From Geosiphon pyriformis uo1 (taxonomy: Eukaryota; Fungi; Glomeromycota): a DNA stretch of 64,000 bases. The stretch is taken from positions 186,001-250,000 of the forward strand of contig JAAOMT010000523.1 of NCBI GenBank assembly GCA_016748015.1, given 5' to 3'. Shown one piece after another: positions 13,314 to 26,688 of this stretch (position 1 is its first letter; each line of letters begins with the position of its first letter). The position numbers and the translations under genes are program-made. The notes below the pieces were generated by a model. It saw only the letters and a program-made list of their open reading frames with translations, ran no database searches and was not told the origin of the DNA.

Positions 13314-14321
13314 TGTTACTGGAGATTTTTGGTCTCTTTTTTTGAATGTTGTAAATGTTGATTTGCTGTGAATTCATGTTTTTTAGAAGTAGTTAAACCT
13401 CTAATAACTGAATTTATCTTCAAATTATTTCCTATAATTTGAACTGCTGGGCTTATAAATGAAATGGCCAATTTTATGCCAGTTATTTTGTATAGTTACA
13501 TTGTAGTAAATGCCAACTTTTTTTCAGGAATTGCTCATCTGGAAGCTTACTAAAATGTGTAGTTACTTTGCTGTGAAAGTCAACCCTTTTACAGAAATTT
13601 TGTCTATAGGCTACCCTAATGATTACAGTAAGAAAATAAAAGAAAATAAAAGAAATGTAAAAAAAATTGAATTCTGTCAAGGGAAACGTTTTCTATTTAG
13701 GCCTGAAGTCACTAACAGTTTACTGAAATTGGTAGCTAATTAATTTCAAAACATTAGTTGAGTTTTGGGAATTTTCCAAGTGCAATAATTAAAAAATTTG
13801 GTTTTTCGAATTATTTGATATTTATTTCTTTTGTGTGTATAGGAATAATTCTAGTGATAAAATCTAAAGTAAGATACATTTTCTTGAAAAGAAAAGCTTT
13901 TTTTTTATATAACTTGTTGTAGTACTAGTCTATGAACTTGCACTTTTTTTTTTTGCTCAAATTTCAGTGAACTAAAGATACATTTTGATGAACTACAAGT
14001 TATTTCACTGAACTATTGATTAATTTGGATGAACTATTCATAATTTCGGCGAATTTCTATAAATTTTGGCGAATTTCATATAAATTTTGGCGAATTTTTG
14101 TAAATTTTGGTGAATTTTAGAATATTACAAAGTTCAGAGTATTGTGTAATTTGATCATCTTACTTTCTGTTGTACTAATTGGATTATTAATTGAATCGTG
14201 ATATGTGATAAATTGATTAAATAATAAGTGATAATTTGGATTGATATTAACATATTAATTACTAATAGAAATTATATGGATAATTTTATGCTAATTAATA
14301 GCTAAAATTCTACTGGTAACA
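13314..14321 (-). repeat. 5' LTR of element B
   Basis: Direct repeat of 3365-4373; differences are mostly transitions. Confidence 0.96.
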
Positions 14322-17300
14322 ATGCTTTGGAAAAAAACCAAGAGTTCTGACTAGTTCTACAGGACATGTAGAAAGCATATAATTTGGTTGGCTGGAAACA
14401 TCTCAAAAATAGTTTGATCAGAATTAAGATGTGTAGCAAATTCATTCGTTTTTTTGGCAATATTCACAATAATCATACCAACCAGGTTATGACAGATTTC
14501 GGTTTGATGGATGGTTATCATGTACATGATGGCCTGGATCAGGAAGAAGTTTTCTCCCTCCTTTTGTGGCAAATATTTTATGATTCTTTGTTGTGTAAAG
14601 TCAAGTATCAGAAAAGTGTATATGGATATATGGGCTGGACATTTTTTCTTTTTTGCTGCTGGCACCTTCGTGAATGATACAATTTGGGTTGGTAGCAGTC
14701 AAAGTGCTACTCAACATATTCTCAATATTGCCAGTAAGTTTTTTCAGATCAATGATATCTTAATTAACAATAACAAAACAGTGGCAATTCCTATCAACAG
14801 CAGGGTCAACAATCCTTCTCTTTCTATCAGTGGTCTACCTATTTCAATCACAAAAAAGAGGAGTCTCATAGATACTTGGATATTTTTCTTTCAACTGAGA
14901 GCCTTTCTAAACCTAGTTTGATGAGAGCGCATTCAAATGTTTGTTTTTTCACTAATTTGGTATTGAAAAAAGCTGTCTCAGATAAACAGTTTTTGTATTT
15001 GGTTTTGGTGGTTCTCCATCCTATTGTAAACTATAGAACACAGTTTAGCTTTGTTTCTGTTGGTGTGTGCAACAAATGGGATGCTTTGATTCACAAGGAC
15101 TTGAAGCTAAAATCTGGTCTTCTATGGGACTTTCCTAGTGATACAATTCATTACCCCTTCTTTTATGGTTTAAAATCTTTTTCACAGTGTTAATTTGAAG
15201 GTAAGATTGCTTCACTTATTAGTTTTGCAAACTCTGATGGGATTTTGGGACACTTGTTTAGTTACAGGTCTTATGACTTATAGATTCTGTGTTAGTGACT
15301 TGTCCATCTATTGGTTTCCTCTGCTCATATTCATGTCAATGTTTCCAATAATTTCTTAGCTGGTATGGTTCACATTTTTTTTGACTGCAAGTTGTCTTTG
15401 GATGGCTCTTTGGCCAGCTCTTTCTGGTTTCATAGTGGAGTACCTATGTCTGTTGTTCTTGGTGAGTCTTTGTTTTGCAAGTTTTTATCTTCTCTCTGGT
15501 GTTATGGTGTCGTCTTTGTGGACCAGCTTTGTAATTGTTATGGTAGTGTTTTTAGCTGACACACCTTTAAGCAGTTGAAGAGACTGGACTCTTGTGGTCC
15601 AGTTTCTGAGTGGTTCAAACTTTTTATTGTATTTCTTGTGGCTTCTTGTTCTTTTTCTTCGACATTGGCTGGTGTTGGCCCTCTGAACATTTATTGTTCT
15701 GATGATTTTGTATCTGTCTGTGATCGTTTTTTCCAGGTTGGTGCTGATAGCTTGTCTGTGTACATGGATGGTTTATTGAAAAATTTGGACATGATTAATT
15801 GTAGAGCTAGAGCTGCTGCCTTTTTTGAGAACATTAATTTGGGTTTGGATGTCAGTGTTCAGGGCTTAGTGTTATCCACTTTGATAGAACTGTAGGCTAT
15901 AGTGTTGGCTCTAGAGTGCATGCCTACAGCTTGTTCTGTTTATCTGTTTTCAGATAGTCAGACAGCTTTGGATGCTTGCAGATCGAAGTCTGACTTAAGA
16001 TGTCCTGATTTTTACAATCAGTGTTGGGTCAAGTGCCGGCATATTAGGAATGTTATTTGTAGTAAGAATTTGAGAGTTAAATGGCACAAAGTTAAGGGCC
16101 ACTCTGGTATTTCAGAGAATGATTATGCCAATAGCCTCACTAATGCTGCATCTCTCTCCGGTTGGTATCTTCCTTCTCATATTAGTGAACATTTTTTGTT
16201 GGCGGATGGTGGTGTTGTTTCTGGTAATTCTAAGCATTTTGTTCATGATGTTTTTCATACTGTTTGTTGTGTGTATTGGGAGGTCGGTTCTGGTTCTGGA
16301 TTTCTAGATGGTGATTTGCATTCAGATGTTGATTGGCTTTGTTCTTTTGGGGTTTGGCACCCTAATTTGCATATGGCCACTGGTTTTACTAGCAGGCTGA
16401 CTGCTGATACTCGAACTTACTTCATGAAGGCTTTGCACTGTCAGCTTTCTGTGGCTGTTCAGAAGCACATTTACAATAAATATTACTCTAGTGTTCTGTG
16501 TCTGTATTGTGGTGAGGTGGAGGTATCTGATCATGTGTTTTCTTGTGTAATTAATAATTCAGGTCATTGTCAGGTCTTGGAATCTTGTATGTCTTCTTAG
16601 AGAGTACTTTCTGGTTTCTCTCTTCCTTCTTTGGATGTATTGCAGCTGTTGTCAACTTGTGCTTTAGACTTTTCAGTTTCTTCAGCTCTTTTCAAGAGTT
16701 TTGTTTTTAATGGATGGCTTTAGAAGATCATTTTCATCTTCCATGATCCAAAAATTGCTGGTGTTAAAATTTTTGATTTTGTGCAATCTATTTGTCTTGC
16801 TTTCAGGAATAACATTTGATTGGTCTGTGCTAAGCATTACACATTTATGGAAAAAAATGGCCTGATTCCTATAGATAACTTGATTTCCATCTTGGTTTCT
16901 GGTTTGGTTTCTGGGTTTTTGACTGGTATAATTAAATTGCTTGGTATTGCTGAAGCTTTTGGTGTCTGTTTTGGCTTTCACAAGTCTTGTTCGTTTTTTT
17001 CAGGTATTGGTGACCTGGTTTCTGTCAATATAAGTGCATAGTGTTGTCCTGACTGGTTCAAGTGACTGGTCACATGTAGAAAATGCATGATTCACACTTA
17101 GTTTAGATTATTTTCTTAATGTATAGTTCTAAATGGTGTTTAGACTTCATTCATTAAATCAATAAAAAAAAAAAATTAATTACCAAAAATTAAATTAAAA
17201 AAAAAACAACAGTTTACAAAAATGCTTTTTTTATATAATATAAACATAGATATTTATTAACTATTAAAAAACACTTTTTTTGGTTTTAAGTAAAAATCTA

Positions 17301-17989
17301 AAATAATATATTAAAAGTTGCTATTATTATATTAAAGTTTTAAAGTTTTTAATAATAAATTAATAATTAAACTACTGTTTTTTTATTGTTATTTAAATAA
17401 TAAAAAAGATTAAAACAATATTATTAATTGAAATTTAAATTATAATTAATGTAAAATTAAACCAAAATAATTATTATAATTAATTAAAAAATCAATTAAA
17501 TTTTAATATTATTAATTATTTTATTAATTATTAATTTTTATTTTGTTAATTTTGTTTTTTTATTATTTAAATTATTATAATTAATATAATATATTTTTTT
17601 TTTATTGATTTTTTAATTTTTTTTAAGCTATTTTTTTCAATATATTTTTGTTATAAAATTAAATACAATAAACATTTTTACTATTAATATAATTAAAAAA
17701 TAAAATAAAATAAACTTGTTTTAATGATAAAAAAATATTATTAAATATGTTTCTAGTAAAATAAATAAAAAAACCAAAAAATTTAGTATTAAAACATTAA
17801 TATTATATTTTTTATTAATAATTTTAGAATAAAAATAATATATTAAATTAAAAATCAAGAAATATTTTAATATTTAATAATAAAATAGTTATTTCTTTAA
17901 TATATAATATTATATTAACAAATTTTTGCTTTTTGTTTAAATTAATAAAAAAATTTTAATAATTAATAATAAAATAGTTTTAAAAATAT

Positions 17990-18790
17990 TATTTAAGTAA
18001 AAAAACAATTTTTTTTATTAATTAATAAGTAAGATCTAAATATAACTTAATATAATATATTAAACTAAATAATTTAAATTAAGTATAAATTATGTATTAT
18101 CTATATGTAACCAGTTACTTAACTAGTTAAAGCAATATTATGGTTTTATATTAATATTAATAATATTATTAATACTTAAAAAAAATAAACAAAACTTATA
18201 TAAGCTAAAACAGATACTAAAATTTTTATTTAAACCAAGTAATTTTATAATATTAATAAAAAACAAAAATAACAAACCAATAACAACAAAAGGCAAAAAA
18301 CTATTACAGAAAATTAAATCACTTTTTTTTAATAAAACTTTATATTTAATATGTATTAGCTAAATTTCTTTATAGTAAGTCATCTTTAAATTATACACAA
18401 AATTCACAATTTTATTAATAATACTCTTAATATTTTTAAATATAACAAAAACTTTTAAATATTAATATTTAAATACTAAGTTTTTATATAAAATAATATA
18501 TAATATAATATCTAATGTAATTATTAAAAGTAATTAAAAAACACAAAATTTAAATTAACAAAAACCAGAAAAAATTTTTCATAATTTAATATAAAAATTC
18601 AATAAACTTTAATAAATAACAAAGTTTATTATACCAAAAAAATAATAATCTAAAAGTTTGATCTTTTTATAATGTAAATACAAAATATTAAGATATTTAT
18701 TATTAAACAAATGCTTGTAAACAATTATAAGTAGATAATAATACAAAAATTTTATAAAATATAGATACAAATTTGTTGTCTTACTACTTA
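17990..18790 (-). mobile_element. Hypermutated LINE 3' end relic, inverted relative to 16380-17175
   Basis: ttaatacttaaaaaaaataaacaaaacttatataagctaaaacagatactaaa (~18170) aligns to ccaatacctgaaaaaaacgaacaagacttgtgaaagccaaaacagacaccaaa (reverse complement of ~16960-17010). 3' UTR motif at 18100-18140. Confidence 0.8.
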
Positions 18791-20717
18791 TATATCTAAT
18801 TATTATATAAAATTAATTATAAAAAACATAATTAATATATAATAACATAGAATTAATTAATAATAATATAAAATAATATAAAATAACATAAAATATTAAA
18901 TTATAATTAATTATAATAAAATAATTTAAAAAATAATAAAATAATAAGATTTAAAACGTATTTTATAAAACAAAAAATATAAATATACAAATAGTTTTAG
19001 TTTAAAAAAACCAAAAAAAAATACAAAAATAATTTAATATTATAAAAATTTATTATTAAAAAACAATAATAAATTCTATTAATTATAATTAAATAGTGTA
19101 AATTAAATTGAATATAATTAAAAGCAATTATAATAACTTAACTAAATATTAACTATTAAAATTATTATTATTATTATTATTATTATTATAAGTATTTAAA
19201 ATGTCTTACTATTTTTGTTTTTTATAAAAAAACTTTTTATAAATATATTATTTAAAAAATTATTAAAAATTATTTAATATATTAAAAACTAATATTATAT
19301 AATTAAATATTTATAACAATATTTTATTAAAAATTTGAATAAGTTTATTAATGTAGTTTAATAAAAAACAAATATGTTTTTAGTATTTAAATTTTTCTTT
19401 AAAAATTTTAACTAAATAAAAACAATTTTAGTTTAATATCTTAACAATTATATAATATAATTAATTTTTATATGTATTTAATAATTTTATATAAAAAACT
19501 TTTTAATTTAAGTTATTTTAATATAATATATATTAAATATATTAAAATAAAAACTTTAATTATTTGTTTTTGTGTATTTTAATATTGTTATTTAAAAAAA
19601 AATTTAAAAATAATATTAATAAATAAATAGCTTTGTTAAATTATTTTGTTATTAAATCTTAAATTTTATTAATTTTTAATGATATAATTATAATTAAGAA
19701 GTTTGTTTTTAAAAATTAATATAAAATTTTTTTAAAACTATTTAGTATATTATAGTTTATATATAAAAAAAATTTAATAATAAATAACAATTTTGTTTTA
19801 TAATTTGGTAATTAATAAATTTAAAATCTTTACTTATAAAAAAATATTAATTATAATTTATTAATGTATTTTAATTTAATAATAAATTTTATAAAGTTTT
19901 TAAAATAATTAATGTATTATGTTTAAATATTATATAATATAATCTTAATTGGTTTAATAATTGGTTATATATAAACAAAATATAAATTATATTTATTTTA
20001 TTTGCTGTATTATAATAAATAATAATTAAACTATATTTATAAGCTTTTAAATTATTGTTAATATTTATTTTTACAAATTTTGGTTTAAATTTAAAATAAT
20101 TAATTAATTAAAAAACTTTTATTTTATAAATTTGTTAATCTGTTTTTGTTTAAAATATAATATTTTTATAAATTAAATATATATATATGTATATTAATGT
20201 TAAATATTTTAAAATAATTTGTATTTTTAATTTTGCAAATATTTGTTTTAAGTTAAACATTTCAATTATTGATATGTTAATTAATACATTTTATCTATTA
20301 AATATTATTTTAAGCAGTTCAATAATACAAGTGTATTATTTCTAATGTAAATGTGTAACAAAATGATTTTTAATCATAACAATAATTGTATGTCAATAAT
20401 AAATGATAAATATAATTTAGTTCCATGTAATGATTGATTGCAAAACAATAATACTAATGATTGTATATTTTATTCAATTAACAGCATTTTGAAATCCACC
20501 CGGCTCAGAGTTTGCTATAATTATTCCTGCTAAGGTCTTTCCAAAGAAAATGCATATTTTGGAAAAAATCAAGCATACGAAATTCCCATTCCAACCCAAA
20601 GTAAATTTACACACCATATTTTACCGGTTTCACAAAATATGCAATAAAGAAAATAACAGAACATATCCTAAATTGTACAATAACAAATCCACAAATACAA
20701 ACTATAAAGATAAAGGC

Positions 20718-22584
20718 TTACTTACGTTCGGGCCAATGGTATTCCTGAGCGGGTCTTTTATAGCCATGTTTGGTCACAAACTCATCCAGGCCTTTGGGTC
20801 CACGGGACCCAAAGGTATAAGGCTCAGGTTTGATCTTTTCTTTATCAATTTTATGCAAGATTGGCGTGAAAATTTTCCAAGCGGCATCCAATTCGTCGTT
20901 ACGTACAAAATTAGAATGATCTCCTTTTAGCACGTCCAAAATCAGTGCTTCATATGCGTCAGGGATCTTTAGATCTGAAAAACGACGATGGTAGGTAAGG
21001 TCGAGCTCAGAAATCACCGTGTCCATTGAGAGACCGGGACGTTTATTGTTGAATTTCATGTAGACAGCTTCCCCAGGTTGTACCCGGATAACTAATTCAT
21101 TGCGAGCCACTCGCTTGAATATATTTCCAGGCACATCATGAAACTGTATGCGTATTTCCGTTTTCGATTCATTAAGACCTATAAAAATATAAAAGTGAAT
21201 GCCTGAAACCAAATTTATTGATGAATTTATTGAAAACTATGTACCTTTTCCGCATTTCAATATGAATGGGACACCTTCCCAGCGATCATTATTGATCCAA
21301 AGAGTAGTAGCTGCAAAAGTTGGGCAGTTGCTGTCCTTCGGAACTGTTTCGTCTTGCAAATAGCCTTTTACTTTGCCATCTTCTGACGGGCCGTATTGGC
21401 CAAGGAGGGTATCTTCAGGCTTTGCTGGGGGAATACACCGAAGTACTCGAACCTATAAGAAAGTAAGATGATGAAAAATCAACGGAAAATCTTCTTAATT
21501 GACAAACTCACTTTTTCATCTCGGACATCTTCAGCATTCAAAGACACAGGCCTTTCCATCGCAACAATACTCAGTATTTGAAGGAGATCTAGTTGAAGAA
21601 TATACAAAGAGAAATAAAGACGACATGAAAAAAGAGTGACGAGTGGCATACTAACTCAATTTCATGTGATCTAAAGAATCCAAAATTGAAAACCTACGGT
21701 TTTGCATCACGTCACGAATTATTCCGAATTCATCAAAATAACCCCCTCGTCCTTCCGTTCCAATTTTTTCTTTGAAAGTTATTTGAACATTGGCAATGGA
21801 ATGCCGATTCCAATTTGAACCAAAAAACACGTTTGCGAAACGGATAATCAAGATATTTTTGACCATTTCCTTTCCGAGATAGTGATCGATTCGATAAATC
21901 TATAGAAAGTAGAAGGCAAACTAATATGACAACCATGAAACACTTTGCTATCGAAATTAAATCGATCCCACCTCATCTTCTTTCCATAGTGGAGCCAAAG
22001 ATTTGGCTAATTCGCGAGAGCTTTCCAAGTCCATACCAAAGGGTTTTTCAACAATTAATCGGTTAATGCCTCTTTTAGAGTAGACGTTTTTCTTTATACC
22101 TGTTGCAACCGCAACAAAGACACTTGGTGGCAATGCCATGTAAAATACGCGATTTTTGTCAACGTCTTGATTGCCCTCAATTTCAACAATCGCTTTATTT
22201 AATCTTTGGTAGTCTTCGTCATTGTCATAAGAACCAGATATGTATGTGCATATTTTAAGAAATTCAGGAATCTTTTGGTTGTTACCCTCTAATGGAGTTT
22301 TGAGATAAGCGGATATACGTTCATGAAATTGAGCAAGAGTTAATTTGGAACGCGCATAGCCTATAATTCGTGTACTTTCAGGGAGAAACCCATTATAATA
22401 TAGACCGAAAAGGGCAGGATAAGTTTTTTTCTTAGCAAGGTCACCAGAAGCACCAAAGACTGTTGGGGGAAAGTGATAAATCGGAGAATTTATGTATTTA
22501 TTGAAAAATCAAACCGATTTATAAAATGTATCGCTTACCAACAATGGTGGTGATTCCGGTAAGTGGAAGCTTTTGACTTTGCAT
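20718..22584 (-). CDS. ZWF1: Glucose-6-phosphate 1-dehydrogenase. Exons ~22584-22539, 22459-21972, 21899-21698, 21588-21512, 21452-21245, 21178-20718
   Basis: [44 protein letters not shown] and AWKIFTP motifs, with GT-AG introns. The extreme C-terminus could include one further small exon. Confidence 0.97.
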
Positions 22585-22766
22585 ATTTTCTGGCTTCAAT
22601 GAAAGCGACGAAACATTGCAGTCTAAAGAGGAAACGCCGCGATATTTATATGATTTAAATAACAATAGGCTGAATAATCATGGGAATAATTTTTCGCCGA
22701 TGACTGATCACGTGCTTGCTAAAACACATTTATTCCCATATTTTGACTGGGAAAGTAGGTTTCTTT
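22585..22766. promoter_or_regulatory. Putative bidirectional promoter (182 bp) between G6PDH and the BTB gene
   Basis: Head-to-head ATGs. tataaata on the minus strand ~22643-22650 and TCACGTG E-box at 22708-22714. Confidence 0.6.
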
Positions 22767-23821
22767 ATGGAAAAGTTATTTACCGTTATAGTCGGAGGCC
22801 GTAGTTTTTCTCTTTCCGAGTCAAGGTAAGAAAGATTTGGTTCATGATATTACATCTTATCCCATTTAGCCCCTAACCTCTGGGATTCCTTTAAAGCATT
22901 CGCCGAGATGCACCTAATTATTTTACAGCAGCCTTTCTTGGTTCATTCTCAGAAACTTCAACTCAACTCCTTGTAATTGATCGCAATCCGATTCTTTTTC
23001 AATTAATTCATGAACACTTGCAAGGTTATGATATTTTTTCGTTGCCTACCTCTAGTGGAATTTCTTCACGGGGACAGTTAGACGAATGCCATAATAATTT
23101 ATTACTTGATGCCCAATATTACGGATTATCAGGACTAATCAAACAACTGGAAGAAATATATAAACCAACAAGATATACATCTCGGCACACATACCATAAT
23201 CCATTTTTAATGCATAAAAAACATCTCGCCTGCAACTTACGTGACCTTGACGTACAAAAACTTTTACTAGATGATTCCGGATTTTTGGTGTGGCAAGATC
23301 CTAGTTTACCAGATGCCAAAAAGTACGGTCTTCATATTCATGCACAAGAATGTATACTTGCACTTGGTCTACACCGATCCGATGAAGTGGTCAAAGTTTC
23401 ATTAGAATTTCATGATGTTCGTGATATCAAAATAATAGAAGAACTGACTAACCATTTCGGACCACAAAAGATCAAGTCAGAAAAAATTGCCGAAGATAAA
23501 GTTAAAATTAGCGCGATACTCAAAGGCAAGACGGATATTTCAGATGTCTTTCTTGATGTTGATGATATTCCGTGCACTCTTTGGGAATTACTTCATTTTC
23601 GTGATTACTTGGTTGATATAAATGTAACAGGACCAAAAAGACAAAGAATGTTGGAGCTTGATAATATTATTTATAATGATTGGGTTTTTGGTGATAAAAT
23701 TTACGGACGATTTTACGTGGTTGATATTGACTTCACATTGCCACCTCTTTACATGCATCGAGCAAAGTTAATGAGTGAACAGCGGTGGACGCGTGATTTA
23801 CGATTTGTAAAATCTTCTTGA
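22767..23821 (+). CDS. BTB/POZ-domain protein. Exons 22767-22825 and 22897-23821
   Basis: Spliced N-terminus MEKLFTVIVGGRSFSLSESSIRRDAPNYFTAAF...IDRNPILFQLIHEHLQGY...LLDAQYYGL is typical of fungal BTB proteins. Intron gtaag...ctaac...aaag. Confidence 0.85.
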
Positions 23822-24271
23822 GTCTAGGTTAATATACTTTTTGTATTGATCATATTAAACTTATTCTTGAAAGCTAAAATTGGATAGTGTAAAGGTATCG
23901 GAATTATTGACCATGGTTCATATAACTGCGATTGTTGATTTCAAATCAATGGGATTTATTTCCATTTGAATAAGCCCCTCATTATTATCGTCTTTCTGCA
24001 CAGTATTTTAATTTAAGGATTCGTTTCACTAGTTGCCTTTCTATAATATCCTATGAAACTTTCCCAAACACAACTGCAAAAGTCCCAGCATAATGAATAG
24101 AATGTTTCACAAATTGATGGGTGCATGTGCGTAAAATGACACAAAAATGACATTTTCACATATTAAAGAAGAGAGCTTCAAAGGCCCCCACCAGAATTTT
24201 GGTATAATATCGTAAAAGACTCGGTTTTTCTTGTCAGGTCAACACGCTGAAATTTGACTTTATATTTCAAA

Positions 24272-26688
24272 ATGGCAGAAAGAATACGTTTTAGAGCGAG
24301 GGCGTCAAATTATTTAAAAACTAAAGTAGGGCTTAATATCGCCCTAACTTGTGAAGAAAAAACTAATAGTAGGGTGCTAGGCACCGATCCAAATGATCTC
24401 CATGTTCCGTTATTTGCTGAGCCCGCGATGGGCAACGATTCTACAGTTGTGGTTGGAGATCAAAACTCTTTACCTATCGAAGCGTTGGCAGAAATGGAAC
24501 AACAATGCATCTTAATACCCACCTATGCATTTCGTGATCAGAACGGAGGTAAATCAAAGCTCATTTTGCAAAGGAAAATGATAATGCCGTTTGCATCATC
24601 ATTGTGGAAAATTTCAAAGTGGAATGTCGTGATTTTTTTAAAATTTGCAATACTTGAATTATTAATTCGGATTCCACTATTGTAACAGCTTTGGATGAAT
24701 GGACTGTCCGCGTTCGAGGTTGGGCATACGCGACTCGAAGAACAAGTCGTAAACGAAAAATCATGATGGGTAAATCATAATACTTTATTCCATGTTAATT
24801 ATCAAAAATAATCTTTTAACACTCTTGATCAAAATTTAAAAAGGGGTTGCGCGTCGAATAATGGTCAAAGATGATCAGCAAGGAAAATATCTTGAGGACC
24901 GATTTGGCATGTTTTTAACCAAGAACCTTCGTGATCAAGAGTATACTGTAAAAGTTATTGGACTTGCGCATCCATCACATATGAAAATTGGTGGCGATCC
25001 AGATTCAGATGATTCATCCGAATCTGGGAGTAATGAGGCTGATGAAAAAACTTTAGTGGAGAGTGAATCAGGAGAAGATAGTCCTGAAGAAGATATTATA
25101 TCATTAGAAAAAGGTTCTCATCCATCCCCTCCAACGATTCATGTCACAACGAATACTGGACATTTTGAGGGGATCATTAAGATATCTAATGACCTTGTTA
25201 AAGAATGGATTTCAAAAAGAAATAAAGAATGTATTTCAAAAGGAAATAAAGAATATGACGGGTTTGGAAATCACATGCGATTATTAAAGCTACAGGCTCG
25301 AAACCTAGGAAATAAAAATGGTAGGTAAATATAGATCTCAGAATTTACTTATTTATTTTAAAAAGTTTCATATTGAAGATACTTATGGTGTATTTATGAC
25401 AATTTCGTAGCTAGTTCAGTACTTGGTTATGCTGACCTAATCGATGCCGAAGGGATTTCAATTATTTCGGTATATTTAATCGATTTATATATTACTATTA
25501 AACGTTTGAAACTCAAAGGTTTTTAAAATTATTTTTTAAAATCAAATAAGGATATTGATGATACTATTAAAGAGACGGATATATCTAGTGGGCCGCGTGC
25601 AATTATTTCGAACACTTTTTTGAAGGACAGTTTAGAGGTGAGTTCGAATCTCGTGTTGTTTAATTCGTTTTATCCTTCTCATAAATTTCTACATATCATG
25701 GCAGGTTTCTGATATGGCTCTCCGTTATTTGGAATGGGTAAATACAATAAGGTTTCTTCTTCACCTTGAATTTTTCCAATACTAGTAGCAAACTCATTTT
25801 TTATCATTCTGAAAATTTCCATTATCAGTATCAGAAAGGTGCATCTATTCACTATGTTTCGAACTCACCTTGGCAATTATTTCCAACACTTAAACTATTT
25901 TTCGATGAAAAAAATTTTCCTCCGGGTTCGGCTCATTTGAAATTTTATAATGATCTAATCAAAAGTATAACCGAGAATACCGGCCAAAATAAAAAAGCAG
26001 CGATTCGGCAAATAATCGAGGTCAGCATTTTTTCATCTGAAATCGAGGATATTTCCAAGATAATTAGAACATTGATTGATATTTTTACTACTTAGGATTT
26101 TCCTTTGCGAAAGTTTATCCTCATTGGGGATAGTGGTGAAATCGATATGGAGATGTATGTTAAAATCTTTGAAAGCATTTGTGTTAAGCAAAATTTTGTA
26201 AATTCGAGTATTCTAACTTTCTATTCTCGATAATTAGTTATTCTAGCATCGTCACCGAATTTCCCAAAAGAATTTTGCATATCTTTATACGTGATGTTTC
26301 CACAAAACGCCTTGAAGCTCAACCTGGTAAACGATCTCGATCATTTCCATTTATTACTCGACGTACTTCCTCAGGAGAATCTTTTCGTCTAGCCAAGACA
26401 ATGCCCAATCTGCACAAATCTTCGCCAAATGAATGTGAAGATGATGTGAGTTTATTCACGGGTTCAAAAAATTCATCTCAAACTTCAACCCCGTCACAGG
26501 AATATGAAGGTTTTGATTTCCTGTCCCCTTTGCAAATCTTTCAAGAAAGAGTCGAAAGAATCCGGAAAGAGGTAGAATCCTTTGGAACCGAATTTACGTT
26601 GTTTAAAGAAGGGAAAGATTTGCTAGGCCATGCGAAAGTTGACCAAGCCTTTGAGGAACTATCAAGACATGGATTCTGTACCTTTTAA
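24272..26688 (+). CDS. APP1: App1-like phosphatidate phosphatase, multi-exon
   Basis: Spliced catalytic DxDxT 'IIS|DIDDTIK' (~25460-25570), 'HYVSNSPWQLFP', 'LIGDSGEIDME' and 'IFIRDV'. GT-AG introns, first at 24549-24688. Confidence 0.85.

Larger units (their letters stand above)
3365..14321 (-). mobile_element. Full-length decayed Ty3/Gypsy element B (gag-PR-Cys-rich-dUTPase-RT-RH-IN-extra ORF)
   Basis: Paired LTRs 3365-4373 and 13314-14321. 4-bp TSD acgc/atgc. PBS tttggtgctctttc and PPT aaggaggaagtta (minus strand). RT 'WASPVVLVKKKNGKIRFCVDYR', RH 'TNASHIGFGAIL', gag 'IAKIPKFTGED'. Confidence 0.96.
2627..17175 (+). mobile_element. Non-LTR retrotransposon (LINE), ORF2 3' part, split by element B into 2627-3364 and 14322-17175
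   Basis: The frame 'VVEDA|LEKNQEF' rejoins across element B. RT 'FVNDTIWV' (FVDD-type). RNase H 'VYMDG...FSDSQTAL...KVKGHSGISENDYANSL' 15750-16170. C-terminal CCHC 'CLYCGEVEVSDHVFSC'. Stop at 17041, then 3' UTR and poly(A) ~17164-17175. Confidence 0.9.
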
